Part shown: positions 1 to 8,924 of the stretch, one piece after another
Position numbering within the stretch: position 1 is the first letter of the stretch
Layout of the letters: each line of letters opens with the position of its first letter
Virus genome (UHGV): UHGV-1355560
DNA from: a virus
Strand: one strand, 5' to 3'
DNA length: 27,009 nucleotides
Translations under genes and position numbers: made by a program
Notes under the pieces: generated by a model
What the model saw: the letters and a program-made list of their open reading frames with translations, nothing else
Told to the model about the DNA's origin: nothing
The model's database searches: none

Positions 1-292
1 ACGTGCGATTAAACTATTCATCTGTCTCTCCCTTGCTGTAATCTTTGTATGTTCTTTCTGTAAGTGCGGAATGCTCTGAAGAAGAGCCAACCAAAACTAC
101 TTACATCAATTGTAATATCGAAATCTGTTTCATCATCTAAATCAACAAAGACGACCTAAGCATGTAGCTTCCATCCCTTCTTCAGAGTCACTGTTGATTA
201 CGAAAGCGTATGTCTCCGTTCTGAACCGAGGCACCATCTCTGATAAAAAGTCTAATACTAAATTCATAATTCTTCTCCTCTGAATAAGAGTA

Positions 293-436
293 TAAAGGGC
301 ACATCATAAGATCAACCCGTAAAGGCCTCCTCATACCAACAACCCGTGTACGCTGAAGTAAAGGGCATGTCATAAAGGGGACTTCATGTTAAGGCACTAT
401 CACATAAAGGCCATGTCACGTTAAGGCCTATCCACC
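293..436 (+). repeat. Array of about 7 imperfect direct repeats of a ~15-bp unit, consensus roughly WWAAGGSC-MYRTCAY; five copies are tandem at 359-435 and two are dispersed at 293-310 and 320-336
   Basis: Read directly: TAAAGGGCATGTCAT / AAAGGGGACTTCATG / TTAAGGCACTATCAC / ATAAAGGCCATGTCAC / GTTAAGGCCTATCCAC in tandem. The region 1-476 has no long ORF on either strand. Confidence 0.7.
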
Positions 437-476
437 CATGTACTGAATCTCAACTTACCACATTCCTTACACTTCC

Positions 477-668
477 ATGCTGATAGATAGAGACCATGTA
501 TTCTTTCATCCCCGTAAGCTTTACGAAGAAGATGGTACAGAAACAATTACGTGGATTCACAAGAGTGAGTTAGTAGACGACGCACTGCGAGACTACGAAA
601 AATTTTTGGTCGACGGTTCTAATTCTTTTAGAGGAAGAGAAGGGTGCAGAACTTCCGTGGGAAGGTGA
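477..668 (+). CDS. Hypothetical small protein (63 aa), function unknown
   Basis: ORF with protein-like charged composition, followed by a hairpin plus T-tract at 726-746. No clear Shine-Dalgarno site upstream of the ATG, so it may not be a real gene. Confidence 0.3.
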   Translation: MLIDRDHVFFHPRKLYEEDGTETITWIHKSELVDDALRDYEKFLVDGSNSFRGREGCRTSVGR

Positions 669-725
669 GACGATTGCTCTAGGTAAGATGTTTAACCTGT
701 CCGTTGGTGATTGTAAGTAATGTTT

Positions 726-746
726 GCCTCCGTTGGGAGGCTTTTT
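726..746 (+). terminator. Rho-independent terminator-like hairpin (GCCTCC-GTTG-GGAGGC followed by TTTTT)
   Basis: Perfect 6-bp GC-rich stem, 4-nt loop and a run of 5 T, immediately upstream of the SD and start of the 778 ORF. Confidence 0.55.
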
Positions 747-777
747 GTGTTGTTGATAATGTAGAAGGAGTATAAAA

Positions 778-1251
778 ATGTTTGGAGAAAACGGAGAACT
801 CACGCCTGCACAGGTAGCTGAGGTTACAGGAAGATTACCCGGAGTAACGGAAGAACTCGAAAGCCGTGGTATGAACCCAAGCAATGGGAAGTTTCAAAAG
901 GGAAATAAATTCGGACGACCCAAAGGTAGTAGAGGTAAACTGACACAATTAATGTTGGACCGTGTTGCTGCAAGTCATTTGTCTCCTGATGAAGTGTTAA
1001 TTCAAATTTACGAAGATCCTAATATTCCACCTGATCTTAGATTCAAGGCTGCATCAAAAGTTGCAGATCTGGTATATCCTAAGGCGGCCTCTGTTGAAGT
1101 TAAGATTGAGGAAGAGAATGTAATCAACGAAGAATCATTGAATGCACAAATCAAGGACTTCTTGACTGGAGCACTTGGTATCGACGTTATGCCTCCAGAA
1201 GAAGACAACTCTGAGGACGCTGAAAAGGGGGAGGAAGCGGACGAGAGTTAA
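778..1251 (+). CDS. Putative terminase small subunit (157 aa)
   Basis: Small protein immediately upstream of the large terminase, with a basic N-terminal region (KGNKFGRPKGSRGK) and an acidic C-terminus. Strong SD (AGGAG) upstream. Assignment rests on position and composition only. Confidence 0.45.
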   Translation: MFGENGELTPAQVAEVTGRLPGVTEELESRGMNPSNGKFQKGNKFGRPKGSRGKLTQLMLDRVAASHLSPDEVLIQIYEDPNIPPDLRFKAASKVADLVYPKAASVEVKIEEENVINEESLNAQIKDFLTGALGIDVMPPEEDNSEDAEKGEEADES

Positions 1252-1412
1252 TTAAAGGAAACAGGGAGCTGTCGAAGATCATCTGATTAGCAATCTGAGG
1301 ATTGTTATAGTTTTATTGCCACGATGTTCTTTTGCAGTGTACCCTTGTAGTGGAGAGGGGAGGTTCTTTGACGAAGGGACTTTCCCTTTTCTATTTTTAA
1401 ACTGGAGGAAGT

Positions 1413-2954
1413 ATGTCATTAGATAAACAAATTTATGAAGCTCTAACTGGTAACAACCTTAGTGTAGAGGAAAAGAAAGCACTATTGAATATGTTGAAAG
1501 AGCGTGACCAATGGAGGAAGTATAATAAGATTTTGTCTTTCAAGGCGTATGACTTCCAAAAGAAATTTTATGCAGCAGGATTGAAGCATCGCTTTAGATT
1601 CTTGTGTGCAGCGAACCGTGTTGGTAAATCTTACAGCGAGGCATACGAGTTTGCTTGTCATGTCACAGGTCGCTACCCAACTTGGTGGACAGGATATAAA
1701 TTTAAAAGACCTATCTTAGCATGGGCAGTTGGTATTACAGGGGATTCCACAAGGAAAGTGTTGCAAAAGGAATTGTTTGGTACACCTATCGGAAAGGATA
1801 CAAACTTATTGGGGACAGGTGTCATTCCTCGTGATGCTATCGTCATTGACACGATAGAACGAGATGGTAACAAACTTCAAATCGTACAAATCAAACATCA
1901 AAATGAAAGAGGAGAGTTTGACGGTTTAAGTACATTAGAATTCCGTTCAACCCAACAGGGTGAACACACATTGATGGGTGCAACAGTTGACTACATTTGG
2001 TTAGACGAAGAAGATCCATACGAGTCTATGGCTATATTCGCACAGTGCGTCACACGTACACTCACAACTAAAGGTCTAGTTACAATTACAGCTACACCAG
2101 AGAACGGTTTAACTGAACTGGTAGATAAATTTATGAAAGGTGAAGGGGATGAGAACACAGGTTCTCTATATTTCCAGAATGCTTCTTGGTGGGATGCTCA
2201 TGCAGACCTAGGTGGACATATCACTGACCAAGATATAAAAGATATGACTGAAGGTATTCCAGCGTGGCAATTAGAGATGCGTTCAAAAGGTATGCCATTG
2301 TTAGGAAGTGGTTTGATATATGATGTATCGGATGACACAATTAAATGTGAACCATTCGAAATTCCTGATACGTGGAAACGTGTCTGTGCAATTGATATTG
2401 GTATTGATCACCCAACTGCTGCTGTTTGGACAGCTTACGATGCAAACACGGATACTATCTATGTTTACGACTCATATAAAGAAGGTGGCTTTACTCCAGT
2501 GTATCATGCTCCAGCTATTAATGGTCGTGGTCAGTGGATTCCTGTCATCCTACCGCACGATGCGGATAATATTGAGAAAGGTAGTGGTTCATCTGTTGCT
2601 CAATTCTATAAGAATGCAGGAGTTAACGTACAGAGTGAGACCTTCTACAACAAAATTGGAATGGATGGTAAAAAGAACTTCTTTGTAGAACCAGGAATCA
2701 CAGATATCCGAGAAAGAATGATGAGTGGACGCTTTAAAATCTTTAACACAGCCGCTAACGCTAAGCTATTCGAAGAGAAAGCTAGATATCACCGTAAGGT
2801 TGGTAAGATTATTAAAGAACATGATGACTTAATGGATGCAATGCGCTATTCAGCGTGCTCTGTTACACATCGTGGTCGCTCTAAGCATGACGTTAGCTAT
2901 GGAAGTGCTTCTTTGTATGAGGCAAACGTAAGCAGATGGAATCAGAGTTACTAA
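1413..2954 (+). CDS. terL: Terminase large subunit (513 aa)
   Basis: Walker A-like motif AANRVGKSYS, Walker B-like VDYIWLDEED and a C-terminal nuclease-like region with conserved acidic residues (CAIDIGIDH...). GGAGG SD 5 nt upstream. Typical size and position ahead of portal. Confidence 0.85.
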   Translation: MSLDKQIYEALTGNNLSVEEKKALLNMLKERDQWRKYNKILSFKAYDFQKKFYAAGLKHRFRFLCAANRVGKSYSEAYEFACHVTGRYPTWWTGYKFKRPILAWAVGITGDSTRKVLQKELFGTPIGKDTNLLGTGVIPRDAIVIDTIERDGNKLQIVQIKHQNERGEFDGLSTLEFRSTQQGEHTLMGATVDYIWLDEEDPYESMAIFAQCVTRTLTTKGLVTITATPENGLTELVDKFMKGEGDENTGSLYFQNASWWDAHADLGGHITDQDIKDMTEGIPAWQLEMRSKGMPLLGSGLIYDVSDDTIKCEPFEIPDTWKRVCAIDIGIDHPTAAVWTAYDANTDTIYVYDSYKEGGFTPVYHAPAINGRGQWIPVILPHDADNIEKGSGSSVAQFYKNAGVNVQSETFYNKIGMDGKKNFFVEPGITDIRERMMSGRFKIFNTAANAKLFEEKARYHRKVGKIIKEHDDLMDAMRYSACSVTHRGRSKHDVSYGSASLYEANVSRWNQSY

Positions 2955-3137
2955 AATCCTAAGAGTTTCTAGAGAGGTTTAGGCCAGAGATTAGCCTTTC
3001 TAGCGCAGGGGGCAAGCATTCTGGCGGCTTGTTGGGGAGAGTAGGCTACGACCTCCCTTTTAGTCTTGTGGTTACTAAATTCTAGTGGTGGTAGGACAGC
3101 CCCACGTTAAAAACAGAAACGTCCAAACAGAAAAATT

Positions 3138-3165
3138 GGGAGGTTTGTCCTCCCTTCTTTTATTT
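3138..3165 (+). terminator. Hairpin GGGAGG-TTTGT-CCTCCC followed by a T-rich tract, between terL and portal
   Basis: 6-bp GC stem and T-rich tail read directly. Sits just upstream of the portal SD, so it may attenuate rather than fully terminate. Confidence 0.4.
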
Positions 3166-3191
3166 AAGCTATCAACCGAGGGAGAGAATCG

Positions 3192-5435
3192 ATGGCTAAG
3201 CAAAAATATAGTGAAGAGGTGTTGGACGAGTTACGTGTTGACCTTCAACGTCGTTTTAATTATGCTCAAGGCTACGTGGACATGGCTGTTAAGGGCTATG
3301 CTCGTGAAGCTTGGGAATATTTCTATGGTAACTTACCTGCACCAGTAACTGCTGGCAGCTCTAGTTGGGTAGATCGTACTGTTTGGGAATCTGTTAACGG
3401 TACATTGCAAGATATTATTAACGTATTCTGTTCTGGTGATGAAGCAGTTACTTTCGTAGCTGACAACCAACAGGATTCTGATGCTGCTGATGTAGCAACT
3501 AAATTGGTTAACCAAATTCTTCTGCGTGACAATCCGGGATACAATATTATCTCTTCTGCTGCACAAGAATGTCTGGTTACTCGTAACTCTTTTATCAAAT
3601 ATTATTGGGATGAGCAAACTTCTACTCAAACTGAAGAAGCTGAAGGTGTACCACCGGAAGCATTGGCTGCATATGTTCAGGGATTAGAAGCTGGTGGACT
3701 CAAGAATCTGGAAATCTTCACTGAAGAAAATGAAGATGGTACAGTAGATGTTAAAGTTACTTACGAACAAACTGTTAAACGTGTGAAAGTTGAATATGTT
3801 CCTTCAGAGCAAATCTTTGTTGACGAACATGCTACCTCTTTTGCAGATGCACAATACTTCTGTCATCGTGTACGTCGTTCTAAAGAAGATCTGGTTGCTA
3901 TGGGCTTCCCTAAAGATGAGATTGAAGCATTTAACGACTGGACAGACACGATGGATACTACTCAATCTACAGTTGCTTGGTCTCGTACTGACTGGCGTCA
4001 GGATATTGATGCTGATATTGGTACAGATACTGAAGATATCGCTTCTATGGTTTGGGTTTATGAGCACTACATTCGTACTGGTGTTCTAGATAAGAATAAA
4101 GAGTCTAAACTCTATCAGGTTATTCAAGCTGGTGAGCATATCCTTCACACTGAAGAAGTAACTCACATTCCGTTTGTAACCTTCTGCCCGTATCCGATTC
4201 CGGGTTCCTTCTATGGTCAATCGGTCTATGACATTACGAAAGATATTCAAGATTTACGTACCGCGTTAGTTCGTGGTTATATTGATAACGTCAACAATGC
4301 TAACTATGGTCGATACAAAGCTCTTGTTGGTGCATACGATCGTCGCTCTCTGCTTGATAACCGTCCCGGTGGAGTGGTTGAAATGGAACGTCAGGACGCT
4401 ATTGACCTGTTCCCATACCATAACCTACCTCAAGGTATTGACGGCCTCCTAGGTATGTCTGAGGAGCTTAAAGAGACACGTACAGGTGTAACCAAACTAG
4501 GCATGGGTATCAACCCTGATGTGTTTAAGAATGATAACGCTTATGCAACCGTAGGCTTGATGATGAATGCTGCACAGAACCGTCTCCGTATGGTATGTCG
4601 TAACATTGCTCACAATGGTATGGTTGAATTGATGCGTGGTATTTACAACCTTATCAGAGAAAATGGTGAAGTTCCTATTGAGGTACAAACCCCTCGTGGT
4701 ATGATTCAGGTTAACCCGAAACAATTACCAGCTCGTCATAATCTTCAAGTTGTTGTAGCTATCTCCCCTAACGAGAAAGCAGAACGTGCACAGAAACTGA
4801 TTAGCTTGAAACAGCTGATTGCAGCAGATGCACAGTTAGCGCCTCTCTTTGGTTTGGAGCAAGACCGTTACATGACTGCACAGATCTTTGAGTTGATGGG
4901 TATTAAGGACACACATAAATACCTTCTGCCTCTGGAACAGTATCAGCCTCCAGAACCTTCTCCGATGGAAATCCTCCAGCTCGAGATGACTAAAGCTCAG
5001 GTTGAGAACGTACAGGCTTCTTCTCAGAAGATGATTGCTGATGCATTCGACCAACGTGAACGTACTACATTCGAACAGCAGAAAGCTGCGGATGAATTAA
5101 GTCTGCGTCAGGAAGAGTTGCAGTTCAAGCAAGAAAATGCAGCAGATGCAATGACTCTGGAAAACCGTAAAGAAGATAACAATGCTACTCTGGAACAAGC
5201 CAAGCACAAGTTAGCTCTTATGCAACAGCAGGTCCGTCAGTATGAATCTGTACTGAAAGAATTGCAGATGGTTATGTCTCATCAGGTAGACCAAGAGAAG
5301 ATTGTTCAGCAAGCTCGTGTTCAGGACAAAACTTTGGAACTCCAAAAGAAAGAAGCTAATGTAACTAAGAAAGAGCAACAAGCTTCTCTCAAAGATTCAC
5401 GGATTCCAGGCAAACGTCTTGGAAGTAAAAAGTAA
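3192..5435 (+). CDS. Portal protein (747 aa) with a long C-terminal Q/E/K-rich coiled-coil-like tail
   Basis: Large protein directly after terL and before scaffold and capsid. The last ~150 residues are a low-complexity heptad-like Q/E/K-rich segment ending in a basic tail (GKRLGSKK). Confidence 0.8.
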   Translation: MAKQKYSEEVLDELRVDLQRRFNYAQGYVDMAVKGYAREAWEYFYGNLPAPVTAGSSSWVDRTVWESVNGTLQDIINVFCSGDEAVTFVADNQQDSDAADVATKLVNQILLRDNPGYNIISSAAQECLVTRNSFIKYYWDEQTSTQTEEAEGVPPEALAAYVQGLEAGGLKNLEIFTEENEDGTVDVKVTYEQTVKRVKVEYVPSEQIFVDEHATSFADAQYFCHRVRRSKEDLVAMGFPKDEIEAFNDWTDTMDTTQSTVAWSRTDWRQDIDADIGTDTEDIASMVWVYEHYIRTGVLDKNKESKLYQVIQAGEHILHTEEVTHIPFVTFCPYPIPGSFYGQSVYDITKDIQDLRTALVRGYIDNVNNANYGRYKALVGAYDRRSLLDNRPGGVVEMERQDAIDLFPYHNLPQGIDGLLGMSEELKETRTGVTKLGMGINPDVFKNDNAYATVGLMMNAAQNRLRMVCRNIAHNGMVELMRGIYNLIRENGEVPIEVQTPRGMIQVNPKQLPARHNLQVVVAISPNEKAERAQKLISLKQLIAADAQLAPLFGLEQDRYMTAQIFELMGIKDTHKYLLPLEQYQPPEPSPMEILQLEMTKAQVENVQASSQKMIADAFDQRERTTFEQQKAADELSLRQEELQFKQENAADAMTLENRKEDNNATLEQAKHKLALMQQQVRQYESVLKELQMVMSHQVDQEKIVQQARVQDKTLELQKKEANVTKKEQQASLKDSRIPGKRLGSKK

Positions 5436-5444
5436 GGACGTCGA

Positions 5445-5681
5445 ATGAACATTAGGCATCAATTCAATAAAGAGCACGCCGCCGCTTTGGCGGCTCTCAA
5501 TCTTAACGGCAGTCTTGACGCAGCATTAGAGGCATTGAAAGAAAGACTCATGACAGAGATAGTTCAAACAGAACCTCATGAGAATAAGAAACGCGAAGAT
5601 TGTTATCAAAAGTATAAAATGGTTGGTAGCTTAAAAGAGGTCATAAAAGCTGCTATCAATAGTGCAGGAGATGTTTCATAA
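5445..5681 (+). CDS. Hypothetical small protein (78 aa) between portal and scaffold
   Basis: SD-like AAGGA upstream. Its stop overlaps the scaffold start (TAATG). Helical, charged composition. Confidence 0.5.
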   Translation: MNIRHQFNKEHAAALAALNLNGSLDAALEALKERLMTEIVQTEPHENKKREDCYQKYKMVGSLKEVIKAAINSAGDVS

Positions 5682-6766
5682 TGCCACAAGATAATTATAT
5701 TGACCCGAACGATTTTAAATCTTTCCTCCAACTGGATGACCTGAAAGGTTCTTTCAAAGAAGAACTCGGTCGATTAGAATCTGAACAAGAACCAGAAGTG
5801 GACATTGACGATGAGTTCCCGGAAAAAGACGGTGACGATTTCGACTTTGATACCGACCTTCTCGGTGAAAGCGATGTGCTTAAGTTCGAAGATGAAGATG
5901 GTTGGGAAGATCATGATGAGGAAGGCGAAGTCGAAGAAGATGAGGGCGACTCTGATGAAGGTGCTGAAGACACTGAAGTAGAAGAGGAAGACTCAAGCGA
6001 TGCAGGATATGAAGATGATTCTGCTGACGGCGATGGTGAAGTCTTTGATGTAGACTACGAAACCGTTATCACCCTTCCTGATGGACGTGAGATGACTATT
6101 GAAGAACTCTCCAATGGCTATCTTACTGGTGCTGATATGACAGAACGAGAAACTACTCTTCAGCGTCATATGGAAGCATTTGAGGAACGTGTAGTAGGTT
6201 TGAAGGATGTATTAGAACTGGCGTCTTTAGAAGCAGACCGAGTAATTGAAGATTATAACGGTTTTGATTGGGACAAGCTTGCAGTAGAAGATCCTCAAGC
6301 ATATGTTGAAAACAAACGTTTCCTAGAGAAGTACACAGCTCGCCGTCAACAGCTTGAACAGGCTCAGGTCCGTATTAAGCAGGAAGCAGCAGCTAAAGAG
6401 CAGGAAGCTTTCCAAGCCAAGAGCATTGAATGTGTTAATATTCTGAAACGTGAGATTCCAAATTGGGATGAAAACTTATATCAAAACTTAATGCAATACG
6501 CAATTGACTTAGGTGCTACTGAAGAAGAAGTATTGAAGGAAAACCGTCCGTCTATTTTCCTAGCTCTCCATAAAGCATACCAATTTGATAAAGGTAAGCA
6601 ACAGGTGATGGCTAAGATTAAACGTCCCGGTGCTCCACGCAAGGTTGTGAAGTCTGATGCTGCAAAGTCTCGTACTTCCAATAAGCCAGACAACGCTAAG
6701 GTTGCCAAGGCATTCGCAGAGGGTCGCGTTAGTCACGAAGACGCATTCAAATTCCTCGTAGATTAA
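5681..6766 (+). CDS. Scaffolding protein (361 aa) with a hyper-acidic N-terminal region
   Basis: Position between portal and major capsid. Residues ~30-120 are extremely D/E-rich, and the C-terminal half is helical and charged, as expected for a scaffold. Confidence 0.7.
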   Translation: MPQDNYIDPNDFKSFLQLDDLKGSFKEELGRLESEQEPEVDIDDEFPEKDGDDFDFDTDLLGESDVLKFEDEDGWEDHDEEGEVEEDEGDSDEGAEDTEVEEEDSSDAGYEDDSADGDGEVFDVDYETVITLPDGREMTIEELSNGYLTGADMTERETTLQRHMEAFEERVVGLKDVLELASLEADRVIEDYNGFDWDKLAVEDPQAYVENKRFLEKYTARRQQLEQAQVRIKQEAAAKEQEAFQAKSIECVNILKREIPNWDENLYQNLMQYAIDLGATEEEVLKENRPSIFLALHKAYQFDKGKQQVMAKIKRPGAPRKVVKSDAAKSRTSNKPDNAKVAKAFAEGRVSHEDAFKFLVD

Positions 6767-6807
6767 TCGACAAATTAATTATTTAATAGTATAGGAGCTA
6801 ACATAAC

Positions 6808-7869
6808 ATGGCTAATCCAACTTTATTTGTATCATATGACCAGAATGGTAAAAAACTTTCTTTTGCTAACTGGATTTCTGTTCTGTCCCCTCAGGATACC
6901 CCGTTCGTATCCATGACCGGTAAAGAGTCTATCAACCAGACTATCTTTAGCTGGCAGACCGATGCACTGGCAAGCGTTGATGGTAATAACGCACACGTCG
7001 AAGGCTCTCGTGCTGAAGACGGCGAAATGAAACCGACTGTTATCAAGTCTAACGTTACTCAGATTCTGCGTAAGGTTGTTCGTGTTTCTGACACCGCTAA
7101 CACCACCGCTAACTACGGTCGTGGTCGTGAACTGATGTACCAGCTGGAGAAGAAAGGTAAAGAGATCAAGCGTGACCTCGAGAAAATCCTTCTGTCCGGT
7201 CAGGCTCGTACTGATGTTCTGGCTGACCAATATCTGACTAACTCTGCAACGGATCCTGCTGTTGTTGGTCTGAATGACACCCATGCAGCTCGTAAGACTG
7301 GTGCATTCCAGTTCCTGTGTGCTCACGGTGGTTTGTCTGGTGGTGTTGTTGACAAGACTAAGAATGGTCCTGCTGACCCGGATACTGGTGCAGTAACTGT
7401 TAAAGTTGCACAGAATGCTTCTAACCCGACCACTAACATTGGTTTCGACGAAGCTGATATCTTTGATATGACTCTGCAACTGTATACCGCTGGTTCTGAA
7501 GCAGATATCATCATGATTAACCCGGCTCATGCTAAGATCTTCGCTGGTCTGCAAGAAAATACTCAGGGTTCACGTAAGCGTATCTTTGAGAACACCAAGC
7601 AGTTCATCTACGAAGTTAATAGCATCACTGACCCGCTGGGCCAGAGCTACAAAATCATCGTTAACCGTTGGATGCCTACCGATGCAGTTTACTTCTTCCG
7701 TAGCGCTGACTGGACTCAGATGGTTCTGCGTGCTCCGAAACGTACTGAACTGGCTAAAGACGGTTCTTACGAGAAATGGATGATTGAAATGGAAGTTGGT
7801 CTGCGTCACCGCAACCCGTATGCTTCCGGCGTTCTGTTCACTGCTGCGGGAAAGGTAGCGGCGGCGTAA
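6808..7869 (+). CDS. Major capsid protein (353 aa), zero-frame product
   Basis: Position after scaffold, appropriate size, and a C-terminal region (GLRHRNPYASGVLFTAAGK) that resembles the C-terminus of T7-type capsid proteins as recalled from memory. Not confirmed by search. Confidence 0.8.
   Translation: MANPTLFVSYDQNGKKLSFANWISVLSPQDTPFVSMTGKESINQTIFSWQTDALASVDGNNAHVEGSRAEDGEMKPTVIKSNVTQILRKVVRVSDTANTTANYGRGRELMYQLEKKGKEIKRDLEKILLSGQARTDVLADQYLTNSATDPAVVGLNDTHAARKTGAFQFLCAHGGLSGGVVDKTKNGPADPDTGAVTVKVAQNASNPTTNIGFDEADIFDMTLQLYTAGSEADIIMINPAHAKIFAGLQENTQGSRKRIFENTKQFIYEVNSITDPLGQSYKIIVNRWMPTDAVYFFRSADWTQMVLRAPKRTELAKDGSYEKWMIEMEVGLRHRNPYASGVLFTAAGKVAAA
7848..7854 (+). other. Candidate -1 programmed ribosomal frameshift slippery heptamer G_GGA_AAG, 13 nt before the capsid stop codon
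   Basis: Canonical X_XXY_YYZ heptamer in the capsid zero frame. The -1 frame is open from here through 8924 and encodes Ig-like domains that begin before any ATG. Confidence 0.65.
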
Positions 7870-8924
7870 CAGTAGATTCCGTAACTGTTAGTCCTTCGTC
7901 GGTTGCAAGCCTTCCGACGGGGGCTACTCAGCAGTTTACAGCTACAGCAGAAATGAGTGACGGCTCCACAAGCACAACCGGATTTAGTTGGTCCGTTGAG
8001 GGCGGTGGGGCTGTTTCTGTTTCTGGGCTATATACTGCACCGAGTGCGTCGCAAGAAACCCCAGCAACTATTACGGCAACGAAGTCATCCAAGAAAGGAA
8101 CGGCTACTGTTAATTCTATCTACGAACCGGCGACCATTGTGTCAAAAGGTCCTATTACCGGCAAGATTGGTGGCAGCACTACAGCTTTTACCACAATGTT
8201 TACGGCAACCAACTCAGCATTCTCTGATTATGAATTTGAAATCACTCCTCCGTCAGCAGGTTCCTTTAATCTGTCGGGTGTGTTTGGTTTAGATGATAAT
8301 GCATCTGGAACAGTGACTGTAAAAGCAACACATAAAACTCAGACCTCCGTTACGGCTACTACCTCCTTTACTGGAGTTGCTGCTAAAGCTGGAATTGTGA
8401 CTAAAGGTCCGATAACTACTGCTCTTGTTGGTGGTGATTCAGTAGCTTTCAACACAATGTTTACTACCGTCAACTCTTCAGCGTCTGATTATACAGTTAC
8501 AGTAAATCCTGAAGCTAATGGGTCTTTCGTTAGTGGTTCTGTAGTCCTTTCTGCTAATGCATCAGGAAGCACTGTTGTTAAAGCTGTTCACAAAACACAA
8601 CCTAATGCAACAGAAACTTGTACATTATCCAATGTTACTCCTAAAGCAGTTTTGACAGCTAAGACAGTAACTGGTAAAATTGGTGGGGACACTGTTACGT
8701 TTGCTGATTTATTCACAGCAACTAACTCCTCTGCTTCCAATTACACTTTCGTAGCCAACCCTTCTAATATGGCAACCTCTATTGATGCAAATACAGGTCT
8801 TGTCACTTTAGCAGCTAATGCTACTGGTAATGTTACTATCAAAGCTACCCATAAAACTCAAACCTCAGTTACTGCAACAGGGACAATCAGTGGTGTAGTT
8901 CCTAAAAGCTACTATCACAGGTAA
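7854..8924 (+). CDS. Capsid C-terminal extension in the -1 frame: one Big_2-like domain followed by tandem ~85-aa Ig-like repeats (likely capsid decoration fused by frameshift)
   Basis: The -1 frame has no stop from the slippery site to 8924. The translation VDSVTVSPSSVASLPTGATQQFTA... starts upstream of the first ATG at 7953, so it cannot be an independent gene. Repeats each end in KATHKTQTSVTAT. Confidence 0.65.
   Translation, partial: GSGGVTVDSVTVSPSSVASLPTGATQQFTATAEMSDGSTSTTGFSWSVEGGGAVSVSGLYTAPSASQETPATITATKSSKKGTATVNSIYEPATIVSKGPITGKIGGSTTAFTTMFTATNSAFSDYEFEITPPSAGSFNLSGVFGLDDNASGTVTVKATHKTQTSVTATTSFTGVAAKAGIVTKGPITTALVGGDSVAFNTMFTTVNSSASDYTVTVNPEANGSFVSGSVVLSANASGSTVVKAVHKTQPNATETCTLSNVTPKAVLTAKTVTGKIGGDTVTFADLFTATNSSASNYTFVANPSNMATSIDANTGLVTLAANATGNVTIKATHKTQTSVTATGTISGVVPKSYYHR

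Noticed and set aside
293-436. CRISPR array
   Set aside because: Units are only ~15 bp, directly abutting with no unique spacers, and are imperfect; no cas genes.
1-476. Incoming gene on either strand at the left edge of the window
   Set aside because: All three forward frames hit stops within the first 80 nt, and reverse-strand frames are closed or run under 100 nt; the region appears non-coding.
2320-2688. 122-aa ORF in an alternative frame inside terL, and similar small internal or antisense ORFs throughout (for example 1008-1208, 3333-3629, 3790-4089, 12295-12552, 14878-15159, 24599-24823, 26222-26680)
   Set aside because: All are embedded within well-supported genes, lack SD sequences and have low-complexity or hydrophobic compositions typical of off-frame translations.
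3085-3348. 87-aa + strand ORF overlapping the terL-portal intergenic region and portal start
   Set aside because: Spans the terminator hairpin and overlaps the well-supported portal start in another frame; no SD.
6832-7554. 240-aa ORF on the minus strand entirely inside the major capsid gene
   Set aside because: Ser/Thr/Asn/Arg-rich low-complexity translation typical of an antisense frame of a highly expressed gene; no SD; overlaps a gene with strong independent support.
7957-8292. 111-aa + strand ORF (Arg/Leu-rich) overlapping the Ig-like repeat region in another frame
   Set aside because: Implausible composition, and the overlapping frame encodes clear Ig-like repeats; an alternative-frame artefact.
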